29,802 nt of DNA from a virus, in IMG/VR virus record IMGVR_UViG_3300025361_000001; one strand, 5' to 3'. The position numbers and the translations under genes are program-made. The notes beneath the pieces are model-generated. The model did no database searches. It was not told where the DNA came from and saw only the letters and a program-made list of their open reading frames with translations. Positions 25,169 to 29,802 of the stretch are shown piece by piece. The number at the start of each line of letters is the position of its first letter. Position 1 is the stretch's first letter.

Positions 25169-25438
25169 TTAGTTAGTTGCCGTCCAGTACGCGATCCGGT
25201 CGAGTGGGATGTAGGCACGCACCTCGTCGTCAGAGGCTCGCGCTTTGTAGTCCGACTTTTTGGCGTCGCTCGTTCCGGAAACATCCCAGCGAAGCAGTAG
25301 AACATCCCGGCCTTCGTGCAGGTGCCAGTCGGTCGGATAATAGATTACCCGGTGTGGTGTGACTTTTTCGCCGTCGGTAGTTGGTGGGAGTTTTGCCACC
25401 TTTTAGATATAGGAGACAGTGACTTTTGGATACGTCAT
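25169..25438 (-). pseudogene. Small beta-rich protein gene interrupted by an in-frame TAA (or a 76-aa GTG-start CDS 25169-25399)
   Basis: ATG 25438 (ATGA overlap with the upstream gene) reads MTYPKVTVSYI-TAA-KVAKLPPTT... in frame with the 76-aa ORF. Confidence 0.5.
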
Positions 25439-25578
25439 AGGGCGATTATCGGTGCGGCGATGTGTGCGCCAGCCAGCAGTCCAGACGCCGCGATCCAGAC
25501 AGCCAGTGCGTTCTGGGGGTCGCCAAGGTAGTCGATGATCTCTGCGATTGCCGTTAGTAGGTCGTCGTTGATTTCCAT
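25435..25578 (-). CDS. 47-aa single-pass membrane microprotein
   Basis: MEINDDLLTAIAEIIDYLGDPQNALAVWIAASGLLAGAHIAAPIIAL; A/C-rich leader; below the ORF-track cutoff. Confidence 0.6.
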   Translation of the reverse strand: MEINDDLLTAIAEIIDYLGDPQNALAVWIAASGLLAGAHIAAPIIAL

Positions 25579-25795
25579 TGAGAAGTTCGAGTTGGTTGGT
25601 TGCTGCACGGTTCGACTGTCGGGATTGGTGCAGAATAGTGTACCGTCTGATGAACGGTGATGGACTCATCAGAGGGAGGAGGTTGGGGTCGGACCACGGT
25701 CCGATCCAGAATACCTGATACATGGCAACCTTTAGGCCGCCTCGCGCTCAGGTCTCAGGTGGGTCGAGAGACCTGTGTCGGTGGTTGGCCTTGGA

Positions 25796-25978
25796 TCAAG
25801 ATTCATCGTCAGGCCCTCCACTTTTCTGCGAGAGTGCTTCTTCGAGGATGCCGAGAACCAGCAGCAACAGCTCGTCTGAGAGTCGTCGATCCGTGTGTGA
25901 GAGCTGTGAGAGGTGGTCGCGGGCTTCTCGGATTTTCTGTGCTACCTGCTGTCGTCTGCGCTCGCGTTCAGTCGCCAT
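25796..25978 (-). CDS. 60-aa helical hypothetical protein
   Basis: Amphipathic helical pattern; overlaps the upstream gene by 11 nt. Confidence 0.55.
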   Translation of the reverse strand: MATERERRRQQVAQKIREARDHLSQLSHTDRRLSDELLLLVLGILEEALSQKSGGPDDES

Positions 25979-26498
25979 TGAGAATGTCGTGTGCCATCGA
26001 GCCTTCTGGCGGGTTCGGGTCGGCCGTCGAGGTTGTTTGCTCGGTGATGTAGTCCATCACCGATGTCTGTTCTGAGTCCGGCACCGAGAGGAACTTCGTG
26101 ACCGGCGCGACCGACCACTTCATCACGCAGTAGACCGCGTAGATCGCAGTCAGCGCGACGACGACGCCGATGGCGTTGGCGATCCGTTCGTCGAGATTGC
26201 CGCGCTGGGTGAGTTGGGCAACGATGCGGTTGGTCGCCGCGCTGATCGCACCCGTGACGATGCTCGACAGGCCGTAGTAGATCCCGAAGACGACCACCAG
26301 CACGGCGAGCGTCTTGGCGAGTGTGTAGGCCTGTTTGGCCGCCCGAACCACGTAGTGCGTGGTGTAGGCTCCGAAGACCGCCAGCGTCAGCGTGAACATC
26401 CCGGCAGCCAGCCGCAGCAGCGTCGTGTCTTTGCCGTCCGTGTCGACCCTTTCGAGCGCCGTTTCGAGCGTCTTGCGCGGTTCGTCCGGTTGGATCAT
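25968..26498 (-). CDS. 176-aa membrane protein (about three TM segments)
   Basis: Start MIQPDE at 26498 by ATGA overlap; three hydrophobic stretches. Confidence 0.7.
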   Translation of the reverse strand: MIQPDEPRKTLETALERVDTDGKDTTLLRLAAGMFTLTLAVFGAYTTHYVVRAAKQAYTLAKTLAVLVVVFGIYYGLSSIVTGAISAATNRIVAQLTQRGNLDERIANAIGVVVALTAIYAVYCVMKWSVAPVTKFLSVPDSEQTSVMDYITEQTTSTADPNPPEGSMAHDILNGD

Positions 26499-27097
26499 GG
26501 CCGACCACCCAGCATCTCGGCCTCCCACTCGCGGCGGTTTTCGATGGCATCGCGTCCCGCGTCGGTGAGATCGTAGTAGTTGGTGCGCTGGTCGCGGTCG
26601 CCCCAGTCACGACCGGCGCGGGCGGGCGGCAACCACTCGTAGTAGTTGGTGCGCTGGTCGCGGTCGCCCTTCTCGACCAGCCCGCTGTCGACGAGCGAGT
26701 CGAGGTTGGAGTAGAGCCGCCCGTTGTTGACCTTGGCGATGGTGGTGTCGTTTTCGAGCCGTCGGCGGATCTCTTGGCCCGATGGTTTGTCCGACCCCAT
26801 GATGACGTAGAGGAGGTCGCGCTGGAAGCCCGTCAGACCGAACATGGTAGACATCAGATCCCCCTTGCTCACGTTTGGGTTGTACTGCTCGGCGCGAGCG
26901 TGCAGGCTGCGGCGCGACTGATCGAACGTCCAGAAGTCGTCGGGGTTGATGTTCATGTCGAGGCGGTCCGTCTCGGTGTCGTCGTCGGTGTCGGTAGTTG
27001 GTTCTGTCATATCGAACTCGAAGATGGTTGCTTGATCGTCCGGGTCGTCGCCGATCTCGCGGAGGCGCTGCTGGTCGGGAGTGTAGTCGGCAGTCAT
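26495..27097 (-). CDS. PadR-family winged-helix regulator with acidic N-terminal extension and a 22-aa in-frame insertion
   Basis: LTGFQRDLLYVI...GRLYSNLDSLVDSGLVEKG..DQRTNYY.LT..GR..IE.RREWE is the typical haloarchaeal PadR pattern; start MTADY at 27097 by ATGA overlap. Confidence 0.85.
   Translation of the reverse strand: MTADYTPDQQRLREIGDDPDDQATIFEFDMTEPTTDTDDDTETDRLDMNINPDDFWTFDQSRRSLHARAEQYNPNVSKGDLMSTMFGLTGFQRDLLYVIMGSDKPSGQEIRRRLENDTTIAKVNNGRLYSNLDSLVDSGLVEKGDRDQRTNYYEWLPPARAGRDWGDRDQRTNYYDLTDAGRDAIENRREWEAEMLGGRP
26571..26669. repeat. 33-bp perfect direct repeat flanking a 33-bp unique insert
   Basis: TCGTAGTAGTTGGTGCGCTGGTCGCGGTCGCCC at 26571-26603 and 26637-26669. Confidence 0.95.
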
Positions 27098-27384
27098 CTC
27101 CACGACTCCCCGCGGCTCAGGCCCGTGTTGAGGACATCGACCTGTCGGCCGTACTCGGTCAGCATCGCCTTGTTGTGGCTGTCGTCGGCAACAACGAGAC
27201 CTTCGCTGGCCCATGTTGCGACGATCTGTCGGCTGCGCTGTTCGTGTAGCGTCGTGTTGTTCTGGGCGACCTGCGTGACCGAAACGTAATCTTCGTCGCT
27301 GGACTCTACGTAGCTGTTGAAGCGTGCCCAGAGGTGTTGTTCATCGTCTGATACCTGTCTGTTAGGTTCGTGTGTCGTTGTCAT
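27094..27384 (-). CDS. 96-aa putative winged-HTH protein, first gene of a cassette
   Basis: VSVTQVAQ...RSRQIVATWASEGLV....AMLTEYG resembles a MarR-type wHTH with wing; ACCACCGACA leader and 19-bp motif 29 nt upstream. Confidence 0.6.
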   Translation of the reverse strand: MTTTHEPNRQVSDDEQHLWARFNSYVESSDEDYVSVTQVAQNNTTLHEQRSRQIVATWASEGLVVADDSHNKAMLTEYGRQVDVLNTGLSRGESWR

Positions 27385-27413
27385 TGTCGGTGGTTGGTAC
27401 TCCCGTGTTTCAA

Positions 27414-27432
27414 GTGTCCTATTTCATGGCCT
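27414..27432 (-). promoter_or_regulatory. 19-bp cassette motif, copy 3
   Basis: GTGTCCTATTTCATGGCCT, 29 nt upstream of ATG 27384 (same spacing as copy 1). Confidence 0.7.
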
Positions 27433-27467
27433 GCCCCGAGAGCGCGGGTGTGTGCCTATACAAACGC

Positions 27468-27505
27468 AAAAAGGCCCACACCAGCGTACTGCCGGTGTGG
27501 GCCTT
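27468..27505 (-). terminator. 15-bp stem-loop plus T5
   Basis: Minus strand AAGGCCCACACCGGC-AGTAC-GCTGGTGTGGGCCTT then TTT; one G-U pair; same CCCTCAA(A)GGCCC...GGGCCTTTTT frame as the 16408 hairpin. Confidence 0.7.
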
Positions 27506-27606
27506 GAGGGTCGTGAGAAGTGAGGAGTCCGCATCGCATACTCGTCACTTCCTTTCTGATTCTTTCTACATGTATATATAGGGCCTGTAGCCTTATAAAG
27601 GGTCGC

Positions 27607-28779
27607 CTATATGGACGCCTCTGCCCCCTCTCGCGTGCGTTTGAGTGCCTGTGAGTCGAAGGTATCGGGGCGTTTGTCGAGCAACACGCGGGCGAACTCG
27701 TGGGTGAGCGGGTTGTCTGCGGGCGGCTCGTCGGCCATTCCGCGCTCCATAGCGAGGGCGGCGAAGCGGTCGTAGGCGTTGGCGGCCGTCTCGTTGTCCG
27801 TCTCGCGGGCGCTCGTGGCGATTGTCGAGAGGCGGTTGGCGATGGTCGGCCAGTCGAGTTCGACCGACCGGGCCGTCATGTAGGCCGGATCGTGGGCGAC
27901 AGGAATGTCACCATACGCGTCTGAGTCGGACTCAGCCGCAGTAAGCGTCGAAACCAGCCGCGACTCGTTTCGGCCGTGTGCTTCATCCGGCGTGTCGTCG
28001 GTGTCCTGCTCGTCGGCATCCCAGTCAGGATGGACGATTGTGCGGTGGGACTTCATGCCGCGGACAGTCTGGAACGTCTCGCCACACACAGTACAGTCGG
28101 TCGGGTCCGAGCCTTGGCCGCACGCAGAGCCGCCGCGATGGCCACCGAGGCCGTTGCCCGTCTCGAACAGCGTGCCACAGTCCTCGCAGTAGTGGATTAT
28201 GTCCTCGACGATGGCAGGCGTGAGGTCGTCGTCGAGCGTGTGTGGCTCTGGTGGACTCATGTCGTCTCCCTCGTCGAGGCCAGTGATTGCGTCGATGGTT
28301 GGAAGCTCGGTTGCATCGGTTGACTCTGGGGCGGTCGACCAGTTTGAACGTGTCCCTCTGCGCCCCATCCGCTCATATTCGAGGCCGTGTTGGGGACCCC
28401 CGGACGGCATCGTCGGGTCCTCGGCTGCGTCGACACGCTCCGAGGGAATGTCCGTCGAGAAGTAGTCAGGTACTGCCGACCCGTCAGTGAGCTTCGTTGG
28501 AGACCCAACATCTCGGAGACCCTCGATAGTTATCGTCGTTGGGTAGTAGGCGTTCGTCTTTGTTTTCCCGCCATTTTTCGACGGCGACAAGCACATTTTC
28601 GCGTCGATGGTTCCCGCGCCGAGAAGATTCGCCAGCGACGCTGAAAGATCATCTGGCGTGTCGAAGACCACTCTGACCGCCGGGTAGAGGTCGCGGAGTC
28701 TGGCTGCTTCGCCGGTTTTCTGATAGTACTTTGCGACTGCGAGTGCGCCCCAGTGGATTTTCGTGTTAGGTCGTTTCAT
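27607..28779 (-). CDS. 390-aa protein with two central zinc fingers and a possible N-terminal wHTH
   Basis: CEDCGTLFETGNGLGGH....AC and CTVCGETFQTVRGMKSHRTIVH (C2H2-type). Confidence 0.75.
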   Translation of the reverse strand: MKRPNTKIHWGALAVAKYYQKTGEAARLRDLYPAVRVVFDTPDDLSASLANLLGAGTIDAKMCLSPSKNGGKTKTNAYYPTTITIEGLRDVGSPTKLTDGSAVPDYFSTDIPSERVDAAEDPTMPSGGPQHGLEYERMGRRGTRSNWSTAPESTDATELPTIDAITGLDEGDDMSPPEPHTLDDDLTPAIVEDIIHYCEDCGTLFETGNGLGGHRGGSACGQGSDPTDCTVCGETFQTVRGMKSHRTIVHPDWDADEQDTDDTPDEAHGRNESRLVSTLTAAESDSDAYGDIPVAHDPAYMTARSVELDWPTIANRLSTIATSARETDNETAANAYDRFAALAMERGMADEPPADNPLTHEFARVLLDKRPDTFDSQALKRTREGAEASI

Positions 28780-29285
28780 TGGTGTGTCGGTGATTGATCG
28801 TCAGTTGGTTCGGTGCCGGTGCAATCGGGGAGGTGTCTGGCGAGGCTGCCGGAGAGGTCCTCGTCACAGATCGGACACGCGCCATACGCCGTGGAGCCTG
28901 TGTTTCCCGTATTGTGCGGCTCGGAGTTATCCGTCTCGTCGAGGATGTCGTGTACCGCCGCCGCGTACTCGCTGCCGTACTTGGCCATCCGATGTGCGAG
29001 AGCGTGTTTGGTGTGTGTCTCGACCGTGTGCGGGTTCGCCTCGAACCACGCCTCGACGACTTGGCGCGGCGTGTGTTCGCCCTCGATATAGTAGATTGTG
29101 AGTTTGTGGCCGCCGCCGGAAACAGCACCTCCATTCGTTGACGTCGTCGGGCGGAAGTTCGTCAGACCTGCCAGTCGGGTGGGGTACGGGACTTTGCCAG
29201 TGTCTGCGTTCAGTTCTTTTGTTGGTTGTGGGCCGCGCTCGATGAGTTCGTCCCAGAGCTTGCCCATTGTTTGATTGAATGTCAT
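28776..29285 (-). CDS. 169-aa protein with C-terminal C2HC zinc finger
   Basis: CPICDEDLSGSLARHLPDC; start MTFNQ follows the ACCACCGACACA leader (an in-frame ATG at 29312 is an alternative). Confidence 0.7.
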   Translation of the reverse strand: MTFNQTMGKLWDELIERGPQPTKELNADTGKVPYPTRLAGLTNFRPTTSTNGGAVSGGGHKLTIYYIEGEHTPRQVVEAWFEANPHTVETHTKHALAHRMAKYGSEYAAAVHDILDETDNSEPHNTGNTGSTAYGACPICDEDLSGSLARHLPDCTGTEPTDDQSPTHQ

Positions 29286-29310
29286 TGTGTCGGTGGTTGC
29301 CCTCTGTTTC

Positions 29311-29329
29311 ATGTCCTATTTCATGGCCT
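29311..29329 (-). promoter_or_regulatory. 19-bp cassette motif, copy 4
   Basis: ATGTCCTATTTCATGGCCT (18/19 identical to copy 3), 25 nt upstream of ATG 29285. Confidence 0.7.
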
Positions 29330-29342
29330 ACGAGGGAGAGTG

Positions 29343-29802
29343 TTATCTGCTCAGTGCGTTCCGCACGTCAACGTAGACCGCATGGGTGAGGTTGATCAGC
29401 GCCGCGATCACCAGCCCGACGCTGAACCACAGCGCGTAGACGAGTGACTGCTTGGCCCACGCGGACGTCTGTTCGCGGGTGAGTGCCGCCGGATCGTCTG
29501 CCATCCGCTCGGCCGTCGTGTCGTACTCGACGCCGTCGAGCGAAGTGAACACACCCTTGCGCTCGGTCGTGGTGGCGAAAACCACGTCATCCTCGTCAGC
29601 GATCCGCTCGTAGTTGGTGTCGTAGGCCGGCTCGTGAGACGTGTCAGCCTCATCCTCGGAGTCGGTCTCCTCGGGCGGTCGGAGATCGTACTCCATGACG
29701 TCGTCAGCAACCCCACTGGCGATGCGGCGCGAGGCGAGGCCGTCGGCGTAGACTACGTCGCGTTTCTCGCCGACCACGCGGAACGACTCGCCTGTGAACT
29801 CG
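29343..29802 (-). CDS. Partial (5'-truncated) acidic protein with C-terminal TM helix
   Basis: Frame is open upstream of the ORF-track GTG to the window edge; SLVYALWFSVGLVIAALINL at the C-terminus. Confidence 0.65.
   Translation of the reverse strand, partial: EFTGESFRVVGEKRDVVYADGLASRRIASGVADDVMEYDLRPPEETDSEDEADTSHEPAYDTNYERIADEDDVVFATTTERKGVFTSLDGVEYDTTAERMADDPAALTREQTSAWAKQSLVYALWFSVGLVIAALINLTHAVYVDVRNALSR

Larger units (their letters stand above)
1..29802. mobile_element. Partial genome of a haloarchaeal sphaerolipovirus-like (Halopanivirales) virus
   Basis: Adjacent VP7-like and VP4-like capsid genes, an SH1-type packaging ATPase, acidic proteins, high GC, archaeal TATA promoters and no cellular housekeeping genes. 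Confidence 0.9.

Noticed and set aside
23451-25172. 573-aa plus-strand ORF (and similar long Arg/Pro/Ser-rich alternate-frame ORFs across the window)
   Set aside because: Shadow frames of real acidic genes in high-GC DNA; non-halophilic composition
25640-25675. Hammerhead ribozyme or C/D-box sRNA (CTGATGAG / TGATGA motifs)
   Set aside because: No GAAA core or stem II/III geometry for a hammerhead, and no properly spaced C, D', C', D boxes; better explained as an 8-bp inverted repeat
25403-25723. 106-aa minus-strand ORF (MYQVFWIG...)
   Set aside because: Non-acidic and Arg/Pro-rich; overlaps a better 47-aa TM ORF in another frame and a hairpin cluster; only its last 11 codons look meaningful
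26571-26669. Repeat-spacer-repeat (33/33/33) as a mini-CRISPR array
   Set aside because: The repeat is conserved PadR coding sequence (RTNYY), not palindromic, with no leader or cas genes; only one spacer
1-29802. Circular closure or inverted terminal repeats at the window ends
   Set aside because: End sequences share no direct or inverted repeat, and joining them puts the two terminal ORFs out of frame by one base

Overview
The whole window reads as most of the genome of a haloarchaeal tailless icosahedral, internal-membrane virus related to the SH1/PH1/HHIV-2/HCIV-1 sphaerolipoviruses (Halopanivirales). The DNA is GC-rich, the proteins are very acidic and genes are tightly coupled by ATGA/TGATG overlaps; no host housekeeping genes are visible. 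Left (1-8163, mostly minus strand): a morphogenesis operon with the two single-jelly-roll major capsid proteins (VP7-like 7636-8163, VP4-like 6921-7631), several membrane proteins, a repeat-rich Gly/Ser/Asp protein and a truncated spike-like gene. Centre (8415-11868, plus strand): a divergent operon ending in an A32/FtsK-HerA packaging ATPase, converging on a 1394-aa orphan. Right (16511-29802, minus strand): an early-type region of zinc-finger microproteins, wHTH/PadR regulators and a 1046-aa GHKL (Hsp90/rIIA-like) ATPase. The most notable non-coding features are a 44-nt mini-tRNA (acceptor stem plus T-arm only), an exact 1021-bp tandem duplication whose breakpoints fall on a dispersed 12-bp leader repeat, a 19-bp promoter-like cassette motif in four copies, long G-U-containing terminator hairpins, and two further repeated regulatory motifs. 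Both window ends fall inside ORFs. No polymerase, integrase or terminal repeats were recognised. All family calls come from motif recognition and recalled reference sequences, not database searches.
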